NCBI RefSeq assembly: GCF_963853765.1
Contig: NC_088861.1
Span: 13,950,001 to 14,014,000, forward strand
Reading direction: 5' to 3'
DNA from: Magallana gigas
Lineage: Eukaryota
Length of the DNA: 64,000 nt
Shown here one piece after another: positions 52,905 to 64,000 of the stretch. The notes below the pieces were generated by a model that did no database searches, was not told the DNA's origin, and saw nothing but the letters and a program-made list of their open reading frames with translations. Position numbers and translations under genes: made by a program. Every line of letters starts with the position of its first letter. Position 1 is the stretch's first letter.

Positions 52905-53090
52905 CCGATTACGACAAAGAGCACACGGCGGGAGTGACCAGTCAGCAGAGGATGCTCACTCCTCCATGGCACCTTATCCTACCTCAATCTTTTTAGAGGT
53001 CCTTGTTGCTCTGCTTTGACTTTGCATTTCGTTTTATAGATTTTTGAGATGGCTGACAGTTTGTTCTTGTCTTTTTTTTTATTAAGAGAA
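52905..53090 (+). mobile_element. Interspersed repeat resembling a bivalve non-LTR/SINE 3' end
   Basis: CACGGCGGGAGTGACCAGTCAGCAGAGGATGCTCACTCCTCCATGGCACC..TTTTTAGAGGTCC..GATTTTTGAGATGGCTGACAGTTTG. Related 3' fragments lie at ~15885-15995 and ~57660-57785. Family identity is from memory and not searched. Confidence 0.55.
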
Positions 53091-54197
53091 ATCACTTTTT
53101 GTTGATTTTTGAAATCTTTAAGAAATACTAATCTACTCTTGATATTTTCTGCGCTGAGTTTGATGGCTTTAAGTTTGCTTTTCTTTTCCAAACTAAGACT
53201 ATTAGCATAACATGTTCCCTAATCTATGAACTTCACGAAAAAAGAAGTACAGATTACACTGTATACAAACAACTTAAATATCATTAGAAATGCTGTAAAA
53301 ATTAGTGAATTAGCAAATGTAATAATTATAAACACAACAGAGCAAATGTTTCAGTAAGTACCAAGCCTAAAACCGTTAAAATAGATAACGGCTCTCTAAA
53401 GATATATTTCCTCCCAAATTAAATGTTTTTAAGGATAAAGCTTACTCAAGTAGATTGTTGCTATTATGTATTTTTATCCAAAGGTATGAAAATGTTATTA
53501 ATGTCTACATCGTATTGACCGTAGAACTTACAAAAAGATGACTTTAAACGAGAGCTAGAAAATTTCATAACAAAACACGGAATAACAGACATATATAATT
53601 ACTAGGAAGTAAAATAAGCTTTTGAGTCATGTTGTAGATCAATTTAATTTGTATCGGCAAATTATTGTTAAGTATCTTTTTTCAATGGTTGTTGGGATGG
53701 TATTTTGTGGATTTGCCACACGTAATAAAAACGAGTTCGTGTAAAATATACATGACAATGTTGCAACTTTCTTTGGGAATGTTATATTTCGTTGATAATG
53801 TGGGGCACCCACGAAAACCCTTCGAAACGTATACATGTATCAGTAAGCCATCCAACATCAATAAATTCTATAAATTAATAAAAATCCACTTGAATTGGAA
53901 TGTTAATTAAAAACAATAAGTACAAACGTAAAAAATGTACTCCTTTTGTGATGTAATACGACAAATTATTTACAAAATTCATTGATTCAATTTCCTTACA
54001 AGTTATAATTTCCTAAACATCTGGTTTTGTAAAAATAAAGTGAAAACGAGGAAAAGTACTACGTATTTTTGAAATACATAGCCTTAGTTGTTTCCCGTTT
54101 GAAAGTGCCATTTACATGTGCACTTTTTTTGAAACGTAATAATAAGGAAAAAGTGAAATATTTGTTTCATATAATTGATCGTGAATTACTGCAAACA

Positions 54198-57100
54198 ATG
54201 ATTCTGTTATGTTCATTAATTTTTTCTTATTGTGGTGTTTCATCTTGTTCGCAGATATGTAAAAGGTAAGTTAGCTTTGATGTTAACTTTGATAACATAT
54301 TCATACTTTTATGTCAAAATAATAAAATTACAACAATCGACTTGAGTAAGTTTAAATGTACAGACAGATAAAACTTTGTAAAAAAAATTATGATCACATT
54401 TGAATTCTTGGTCTTCGGATCCTAGGCAGAAAAATATTTGGGGCGAGCGAACGATTTAATAACTTTAAAATTAAAATAAAAGAAAGTTTGAAAATGTTGA
54501 AGCCACATAGAAAAAAAATAGAGGCGAGCAATTACATTTTATTTTAAGATATCATTTTTACCTTGAAATACAAGCAAAAAGAAGTAAAAAGTTGATGACT
54601 GTATTCGTCATTGTACCAGACCCCTCCTGATCGCTAATTCTATCCACACATACAGGCATTAATTACTTGTAAACCTTGCTCACAATTTACCGGAAAATTT
54701 TTGGTAAAACCAATGTAAAAAAAATCAATTAAGCACAATCATAGCAAATAAAAAGAACCAAAAATGTAGCGGGAAACAGAGCAGAAATTTCCGGGTGCAG
54801 GATTTATTTTCTAGTATTATTTTTTGGAAAGCCCTTCTGCACGTGCGCACGGATTTGGCGACCAAGAAATCAAATATGTGTCGCCTAAGCCACAATTTTT
54901 ATTTCATCTCAACGTATTAGGCTTGCTACTTTTTCATTTGCACGGTGCACTATATTCTCTTATTCTTAGTTTTACAATATTCGTGTAAGTACTTGAATGT
55001 TCTCGTTTGTTTAGTTGATTATGTACTTCCTTTATCGTGCAGTTCTTTTATCACTGACGTAAATGTAATGCTAATGAGAATCGTTCAAGAGAATAAAAGC
55101 AACCAATACAATTGGTATTCCTAGTCTTCAAATTCAGAACAAAAGTACAGAGATATGATATTTACATCCATATTTATACGTTTAAGCAGATTTCAAATAT
55201 CAACTAAAAGTGATATCTCTAAACTATACAACTGCACAAGAAAACATGGAACAACATACGGAAATAAGTACACGAAAGTCAAATTAAGCTTTTTATTTAT
55301 ACCGTAGGTACATGTATATTGAAAATTGTGAGGGCTAATTTTGTGAATTGCCAATTTTAAAAAGGGCGGCCCGTGAATTCACCACATACACTATAAACAG
55401 GGTCTTGGAAATGATACATGACAACGTTGCAACTTTCAGTGGAAATGTTATTTCTTGCACAATATGCCCATGAAAACGCTTCAAATTATTTGTTAGACTT
55501 TCCATATAAAAAAAATGATAAAATTTACTAGATTTTGAATTTTACTTTAAAAATTGTTACTTATTAGTGGAAGTGTAAAGATCTTGTTTTTGGAGTTGCA
55601 TTTTTTTCAAACATTAGATTTAATAAATCAGTAATTAAGGTCAAGATCTAGTAAATGAAAGTTGCCTACAGGTTCATAAAATTCAAGATATAGATTTTGT
55701 TCATACATGTAACAATAGCTTTGTTTGATAGGGTGTACCGGGGCTAAAATGTTTGGTAAACACAATGAACAATCATGTTATAAACTGTTATTTTCAATGA
55801 AATATAAAGGAATTGAGGCACAAATTTAGGAGTTTTGTCCATTTTTTGCTAATAAAATACGTCTAGAATGCCTACAGTCTCCCCAAAAAAGGAAATAAAG
55901 ATGCTTTTGACTCCTCTTTAAAATGTTGTCAAATAGAGTATCGGGATTACTTTTCTCATGATTTAACAAATAATTTAGGAAATTATTTAGTTTTCTACAT
56001 AAAGCCTTTTAAGCCATAAAGTACGGGGGAAAACATCTTCAAATCAATTATGACGTAATGATAGTTTTAGCACCGAAAACACACTATGAAATCGTTTACT
56101 AGAATTTGACCTGAAGGCATTATTATCCAAATTAATATATTTTATTATTTATATTCATGAATGAATTATGCAGATTGTGAATATTATTTTAATCAATGGG
56201 TTTCAACATTTATTCTTAGACACTGAAATCGCATCAAAATCTCTATCAAATCTCTTCGACGACATTCCAAATCATATGTTTTGAAATAAAACAGTCATTC
56301 ATTTAATGAAAGCTTCCTTACAATTAACAACAATTTCTAAATTTAGACATGACGAAACAACAAAGTGTTGTCTGGGATATATTTGGAATGAGACTCTTGG
56401 AGAATGCTTAGGTACTTACAAGCTTTTTGTTTACTTTTGACATTATGAACATTTTCCATGTTTCTTGATAATGAGCGTTTATTTTATTTTTTAAGCCTGC
56501 AATGATGGTTTTATTGGGGAAAACTGTACTGTAACGTGTCCTGCACTGTACTATGGTCAAGAATGTCGACTTAAATGCAATTGTACACAAGAGCAATGCA
56601 ATCATGTAGCTGGATGTTCAAAGTCTGTATCAGAAGGTATTTTTTTTTTATCAAAGCTTAACTTTATTATGTTGGTACGATTGGCATTTAATATGATATA
56701 GTAATAATAAAAACATATTGACGACATAATTCGGAACCTGTACCGCAATCAGATTTTTTCTTTTTAAAATCAATTTTACATGTATATTTCTTTCCATAAA
56801 AACAAAAATATTTTGTCGGGTGGTGTGTGATTCAAATACGTTGTTAAATTGAATAAAATGGTGTGGTTTTTCTGTAATTGTAGTATCACGCAATATTTTT
56901 CCTTCTAAAAACCGAGTAAAAATACTTTGCATTACTCTTAAATTTTCAAAACTTTTTTTTTTTTCAAGATTCGGTGGTTTTTATTTTCAGCTATTCTATA
57001 TAACTCAGTTTGTTTTGGGTTATGTTTTATGTAGGAACGATGAGCAATGTCACTTCACCAACGAAAACAAATCGAACTTCGTTATCAACATCTAAAGTGA

Positions 57101-57597
57101 TAGGTATTATATCTACACCCATTTCCACAGAATTTAACCTTTGCACAGGAAAGAAAATTGAATAAAATGTTGTGGGTTTTTTTGTAATTGAAGTATCATG
57201 CAATATTTTTCCTTCTAAAAACCCAGTTTCTAGAGTAAAAATACTTTGCATTACTCTTAAATTTTCACAACTTGTTTTTTTTTATGATTCGGTGGTTTTT
57301 ATTTTCAGCTATTCTATATAACTCAGTTTGTTTTGGGTTATGCTTTATGTAGGAACGATGAGCAATGTCACTTCACCATCGAAAACAAATCGAACTTCGT
57401 CATCAACATCTAAAGGGATAGGTAATGTATCAACCCCCATTTCCACAGAATTTAACCTTTGCACAGGAGAGAAAACTAAAGAACTTGGTTTTTCATCACT
57501 AATACAGGACATGTACTATGCTGTTTTTAGTCTTGTGAGTGTTGCAGCTCTTTTTGCCGTGTTATATATAGCTTTGTTTTATTTAGCTAAACGTTGA
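54198..57597 (+). CDS. Gene B3: CCLGY/EGF-like protein with duplicated last exon (membrane form ~172 aa; putative secreted form ~134 aa)
   Basis: Exons 54198-54265, 56347-56411 and 56496-56636 are followed by either 57035-57165 (stop, no TM; 405 nt total) or 57353-57597 (TM MYYAVFSLVSVAALFAVLYIALFYL then AKR*; 519 nt total). All junctions are GT-AG and both frames are open. Confidence 0.85.
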
Positions 57598-57844
57598 AGT
57601 TAAATGTGCTAAAGTTTTTACATTGATCAATCAAAATCCAAGTTATCAATTCAATCATGAACTCCTCCTAGGCAACGGATCCCATCTCTATCTTTTTAGA
57701 GATCCGGATTTACTTTAATATAATTTATATTTCGCTATATAGATTTTTGAGACGGTTCACAGTTTGTTATTGCCTTTTTTTCATTGTAATAAATCATTTT
57801 TGAAAAAGCAAGATATTTATTTTTGTAATTGTTGTTCAATTTTA

Positions 57845-58530
57845 TACAAATATTGACTGGGGTTGAGGGCAACATTGATTATATTAGCCCCCCAGGGACG
57901 AAATATTGCCCGACGCGAAGCGGAGGGCAATATTTTTGTGCAAAGGGGGCTAATATAACCAATGTTGCCTGAAAAACACAGTCAACATTTGGTTTGTTAT
58001 ATGAAGAAAAAAACTAAAATTTAAGAAAGTAATTGAAAACAGATCGCCGTAACTTTTTCAGCTCAACAAAAAATTCACGAATTCAATTTTGTGCAAAGTT
58101 CATTTCCAAAATATCCTAATTATCAAACAGTGACTGGTGATATTCCGCCGACCGTACGAATTAGCATACAGCTGTTCTACCTGATTTTCCCTCACAGTAA
58201 TTCGGAAATCCTTATATCCGTTATGATAGCAAACCGTCGCATTGCGCGTCGGTTTTTTTTACTTGCCTTGACTGACTGTCTTTTATGACGTCACCTTGTT
58301 TTGGAGTCGCGAAAGGTATTTACGTCATTGTTTACAAATCAACAAATCAGAGGCGATAATTTGAGATAGAGGGAATGTTCTCTAGATATTATTCCTAGCC
58401 GGTCAATATAAAAAAAAATATCAACCGGTCAATTTTTTTTTTTGACGAGCTAATATTACAATTATTGCCTATTCGTCTATGTAGAGTTATATAGTGAGAA
58501 TATACTACTGAATATCACAAATCAATATAA
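57845..58530. mobile_element. Palindromic non-autonomous DNA element with nested inverted repeats and a CGC-GAA-GCG loop
   Basis: Arms 57868-57892 and 57945-57969 match 24/25. Inner arms 57901-57911 and 57925-57935 match 11/11. The block is absent from the paralogous B1 3' flank (~16030). Confidence 0.7.
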
Positions 58531-59082
58531 CTAATATCGGAATTGTTGGAAATACAATATTTCACTAAGTAAGAGGTCCAAAGGTCACTTCATGTTCATC
58601 AAATCAGGGATTTTAAAGGTGTCAAAATATAATAAAATGACGGTTTGTGTTTAAACTCAGAAGGTTGACTGAATGACAGAGCTTATATCTGTGTACGGTT
58701 ATTTCTTGATAACATTTGATCAATGAATTTTAGTGGCACTGGAAATACCGAGTTGTTGAGTTATGAAACGTGCTCGTAACTGTTGGTTTAACTGATTTCA
58801 CTGGCGACTAACTGCCTTTTTATGAGTTATAAATTCGTAATCTTGAAATTAAAAAGTGTTTACTATCCAAGCGTGAAAGACATAATGACGTGCTAAATGA
58901 ACCTAATTGCAATGCTCTGCTCCACCGGAAGGAGACATTTGATATTTTTACACGGAAGAAAATCAGTGTTATGTGGCCATCAGACGGGCAATAGACTCAA
59001 CAAGGCAAATTCATTAATAATAACACGTGATGGGAATTTCATCTACTAAATTTGATGAGTTTTCAAAATGTGTGGAGAAAAA

Positions 59083-60312
59083 ATGGTCATAACAATGATC
59101 ATATTCATTTTTCATCTTGGATTTTCCAATTCAAAGCTTTGCGATAGGTAATTATTGTATGTTATTATCATCTGTTTAATTGAATCGTTTGTTTATCTGC
59201 TTATCGATTATAGTAAAACAATTTAATATAAAAAATTGCGCACATTTCATTTAACGAATTAGCATTAATGCGTCTTTAATTGTTATACAAATTTCACCTG
59301 TATTTTACAACATCAACCGCCTACATTGTATTTTACATACCCAGTATATAATTATAACTTTTTATCGAAACGTTCAGTATATTATTGTTGTTTATATGCT
59401 GTCCAATATTTCAACATATAACGTGAAAAATAATTTCATTAAGATCCGGAGTTCTGGAATGCTGCCTTGGATATATTTTGAACAAGATAGAGAACAGATG
59501 TATTCGTAAGTTTTAACTCAGACTCTGGATATTCAATATGTATTTGCATGCATATTCACTGTCGCTCATATCTATTTGTTTTAATGTACAGCATGTGACA
59601 AAGGATATATTGGACACAACTGTAGTGACCCTTGTCCTCCTCCATATTATGGTCAGGAGTGTGCGTCAACGTGCAACTGTACTGATAACCAGTATTGTCA
59701 TCACGTACATGGATGTATACAACCACAAGGTAAATGTCACGGAATGATGATCCTTCCCCTTTTTCTACATACTGTTATGATTTCACTTATATTCGTGGGC
59801 ATTAATTTTTGTGGATAAATCGAAAATCACAGTTTTAAGGATACTCTGCCAATAATTCCAGCAATACATATTTTATTAGAAATTGCATCACAACGTTTAC
59901 TTACATTTAATTTCGTGAATAAACTCAACAACGAAATCCACGATTCTTTTTATTTTACAATTGTTGATAAAAACCACTATCAAAAGTAGCATATATTTTT
60001 ACTTCCAAGTATATTAGAAACTTCCGTATATCTCGCTCATAAAATTTTGTTTTTTATTTCATTATTGTTCTGAAAATTCAATATCCATATAGTTTTATAT
60101 TTAAGGTAATAAACAAAGTGTTTAAAAATATTTATCCTGCAGGTGATGCCTGTCAAAAAACAAAGCTAAAACCAGAGAAACACCCAAGTGTCACTTCTCT
60201 TATGTGTGCTGCAGTAGTTTGTCTGTTGATCATATCTGTAATCTGTTTCACTTCATATGTGTACATCAGATTCAGAATGAAACAATATGTAGATTTGCGA
60301 CAAGCTTTGTAA
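59083..60312 (+). CDS. Gene C2: type I membrane CCLGY/EGF-like protein with a YxxL tail; ~144 aa
   Basis: Exons 59083-59147 (in-frame ATG also at 59068), 59444-59505, 59592-59729 and 60143-60312 total 435 nt in an open frame. Protein: ..SGVLECCLGYILNKIENRCIPCDKGYIGHNCSDPCPPPYYGQECASTCNCTDNQYCHHVHGC..SLMCAAVVCLLIISVICFTSYVYIRFRMKQYVDLRQAL*. Confidence 0.85.
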
Positions 60313-63131
60313 GAACTAATAAATTCGTTTCATATACAGCAATGTGTATGAGTGTAGTCTTCATTAATACATGTATCTTTTAATATACCGGTACCTGTAG
60401 GTGCACTTGTAAGCAATAAACGTGGCAACGTTAAAAAGACATCTCTAAGGTTTTAATTATCGTAAACAAGCGCTTTCCGCTAATGATACATCAGAACGAA
60501 CACTTACATTTTGTTCAAAATAAGATTAAGATGATGTTATAGAAACCGGAATTTTCTAATATATAATTTTAGATTCGTGTGTTAAATTTCACTTTAGATT
60601 ATTTGTAACTCAATGAGGGTACTATATGTAAAAGATATTAATATATAGGCAATTATACTAGTCAATTGTAAACAATGCACTTGAATGTCTACATAGCTGT
60701 TTAACCAAAACAACTGGACAGTTTGCATGTCATAGCAGATATTACAGCCCATTGCTAGAGCTGTTTATTACTTAAATAGTTTTGATTAGAAAAAAGAGAT
60801 GTGAATTATATTGATACATATTATGTTAAGTTATTTAATGTTTGATCAATTCATAAAGTAAATATACGGACCAAATAATCTTATTTTGACCAAATTGGGA
60901 TGCATATGATGTCATAAATAACCTACGTCATACATGTATATACCATGTATAAACCTCTCATTTCAGAAATACTAAACACTATAAAGTCACAAACAACTTA
61001 TAACATCATAATTTGTGTTGTTAAATTGTTTCTATGAAAAACATTTTTTTAATGGCACCAAATTGTAATAAATATCCAAACAAGGTATGTAACAATACGA
61101 CATCATTATGTAAACTAAGAACAAAATTCTGTTACATTTAATATCAACAACATTTCCATGATATAGGATAAACAAAACAGAAGTGACAAAACACGTATTC
61201 AGAATGCTAGAATTTTCAAGTAAGGAAAGGTAAAAAGAGTTTATTTGCCATAAATTAGTCTTCATTTATTAAGGTATCCCACTCCTCAATGTTCGTGTAT
61301 CAAGAATTTCTTGAGAAGTATATCATTGAAATCTGACGACAAAACATACTTAAAAAATACAAAGATAAAGAGATGTCAGTTTTCAGCCCTCTGATTTATG
61401 GCCAATTTAATTTTACCTCTTTGAACCCAAAATGCTATTTCAGCCTGATTGTGATTTCTTGTCAGTATTTTTGATTAAGCAAACTTTTTTCTTGAGGTAT
61501 TGTTTTTAATAATGCACAATGGTCACATTGAATAGAAGATTACGACAAGAATTTTCACGAATCTGCATAAATTTTTGTGTGACCTTTTTGCACTTAAAAT
61601 AGACACTTTCTATATTATTTACAATTTAACTTGAATAAAATCATTTTGAATATCAAGAACTTTATAAGATTAATCAGGTTTGCCTAGATAAGTATTCAGC
61701 ATCATTTTGACATAATAAAACATGGAGGTCAGTGATGTCAAATTTTAGATATATTGCTTCAAAGGTAGAATTTTTGCAAAATTTCGCTAAAAAAATTCAG
61801 ACAATACTTATATATATATGCATGATTTTATGATACACATCTATCATTCTCTCAAAATTTAGTTTTGTACAAGTCACATAGGACCTAAAAAACATGTCAC
61901 AAACCTATCAGATGTTAAAAATGTTAATATTGAATAAAGTATAATAAAAGAAAAGTATATTGAAAATTCATAAAATTGCTTGTATCCAACATCTTAGACT
62001 ACCTTCCGCACACAAAAATAGTTCCCCCAAAACTTGATTGTTGATTGAAATCAAATATATTTTCTTTATGAATAATGTTAAATTATGAAATGATGATCTT
62101 TATGTGAGGTTTAAATTAATAAAATCATATTCCATTAAAATATTATGGACATTTGCGCTATGAAATAAATATGTGAGCAGTGAGATACCTTAATAACAAA
62201 ATCTAGAACATTCATACAACATCCCATCTCTTTTTAAATGGTAAGAAACTATAATTATGTAGTACAATTATTCATTTAATTAACATCTACTGTATAAAAA
62301 ATTTCTAATCATTGTCCATGTTTTCCTGGTTTCAATACTATATGAAATCATGAAAATACAATATAATAATGTGTACAATATAACTATTTCAATCACTTTT
62401 CGTTGATTTTCTTAATAAAAACACATATCTGTCATCGTAAAACAATTAAAACAAGGGCACCGCTAAGCGGAGCATCCCCTCGCGACAAAAGTTATTGTGT
62501 GGGGGATGCATTGTTTAGGAATATATAGTTATATAAATGGCAGACCACATTCTACTAACCCTCCATTACTACAAAAACTACTTTTTCTTTAACTGTACTC
62601 GATCTAAATTCAAAAAATTTCACGTTGTTGATTTAAACTGCATACTTTCACTTTGGTTTCACAGAAGAGACGCAGAAGTAGTTAAAGTCAAGTCATATAA
62701 AATTTGAAAAAATTGTGTTATTTTAACTCACCGTATCATTGTTCTGTCACGCTACTTTCGCTCTGGGTGATTGATAACTCTTACTCAGAAATTTCGGTTG
62801 ATAATTCGTATACAAAGTTGATTATGACATTGATTTAATGAAATAATAATTTGTAATAGTATTAATGGTTTGGAAAGGCGTATGCATTTTTTATTTGTTA
62901 TTTTACAGAAGTGTGCAATCTATGATAAATATTTTTAGTTTTGAACGAAATTTGTAACAATGTACAATGTATACCCCCCTCCTTTACAATGGTGTAACTT
63001 TATCCAAGTTTTTGCATAAAAACTTGACTAATTAATATGACATTGCATTTGTTTTAATCTTTTACAATGAGGCATATTTGTGCAATGGTTTAGGAAATTC
63101 TTTTGGAAGGTTCTTTTTCAATTTACTAGAA

Positions 63132-63332
63132 NNNNNNNNNNNNNNNNNNNNNNNNNNNNNNNNNNNNNNNNNNNNNNNNNNNNNNNNNNNNNNNNNNNNN
63201 NNNNNNNNNNNNNNNNNNNNNNNNNNNNNNNNNNNNNNNNNNNNNNNNNNNNNNNNNNNNNNNNNNNNNNNNNNNNNNNNNNNNNNNNNNNNNNNNNNNN
63301 NNNNNNNNNNNNNNNNNNNNNNNNNNNNNNNN
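63132..63332. other. Assembly gap (N run)
   Basis: 201 N. Confidence 0.99.
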
Positions 63333-64000
63333 CGGTAGTGATGCTATATCCCCTTTGCAACAGGTTGTGCGAGGGGATAACTAATAAAGGCAAACGTTCT
63401 TAGATTTGCCTTTAACACTTCCCCTCTTTTTCCCCGGAAAACGAACCTTTCACAGGAACAAAAATATGTTTCCTACAAAAATGTACGTATAATGGGAGTA
63501 TATCTATCGATACTACTATATTAAAATAATAAACTCGAATTTTTGGGCTTTAATACCGAGAATTTGGAAGAGTACTGTCTTTTGTTTTATAAAATTTAAA
63601 CATCATTGGTACTTGAAGATTACCAATTTGTTTTTTATTTGTTCTCATGTAATACGCATGCGCATTACATTCACGCTAGATCACGGGAGCTCTATAGTTT
63701 ATGTTTCCATTATGTTTCCACAATATCACATTAACATGGATAAACTCAGAAACTATATTACAAATACATGTAAATTTTCATTGAAAATCTGTCATACATT
63801 CTGTTCATAAAAGAAAATACGGGAGATAACCCTTACTACGTGCATTTGATATGAAAAAACCCGAGAATTTTGAATGTCAACATCATATGTAAAATCGAAG
63901 CTAGTAATAAACGTTGATGAAAAAGTGTTGAATTCTTCATTGATATAAATTAAATTTTTGGATGAAAGATATTTACAGCCTCAAAATGGTTTGTTATGTT

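Noticed and set aside
57353-57448. 27-nt 'intron' (GTAATG..CCACAG) inside the B last exon
   Set aside because: Too short for a typical spliceosomal intron, in frame, and homologous to coding sequence in B2, so treated as exonic.

Overview
Eukaryotic, AT-rich genomic DNA with GT-AG introns and two assembly gaps. The repeats resemble those of ostreid bivalves (Crassostrea/Magallana-like; inference). The six-frame ORF track misses the main content, which is a + strand tandem cluster of small multi-exon genes. Each encodes a minimal Nimrod/Draper/CED-1/MEGF10-like protein: signal peptide, CCxGY-W-C module, one EGF-like exon, stalk, and a transmembrane (TM) segment in most. Four subfamilies (my labels D, A, B, C) form a D-A-B-C cassette repeated three times, and each copy has lost different members. 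Five genes have intact frames and differ in their C-termini: A1 (TM plus ITIM-consensus tail ICYNSV), B1 (stop before the TM, predicted secreted), B2 (TM, tail-less), C1 (TM, Tyr-free tail), B3 (duplicated last exon, predicted secreted or membrane forms) and C2 (TM plus YxxL) make six in total, A1 depending on skipping a frameshifted cassette exon. This looks like a paired-receptor or decoy immune-recognition locus under birth-and-death evolution (inference). The third cassette is interrupted by about 12 kb of mobile DNA. This includes a decayed Ngaro/DIRS tyrosine-recombinase retrotransposon (45595-~52050) whose gag is split at codon 5 by a satellite-carrying Helentron-type element. All exon calls and alignments were made by eye, without database or expression data.
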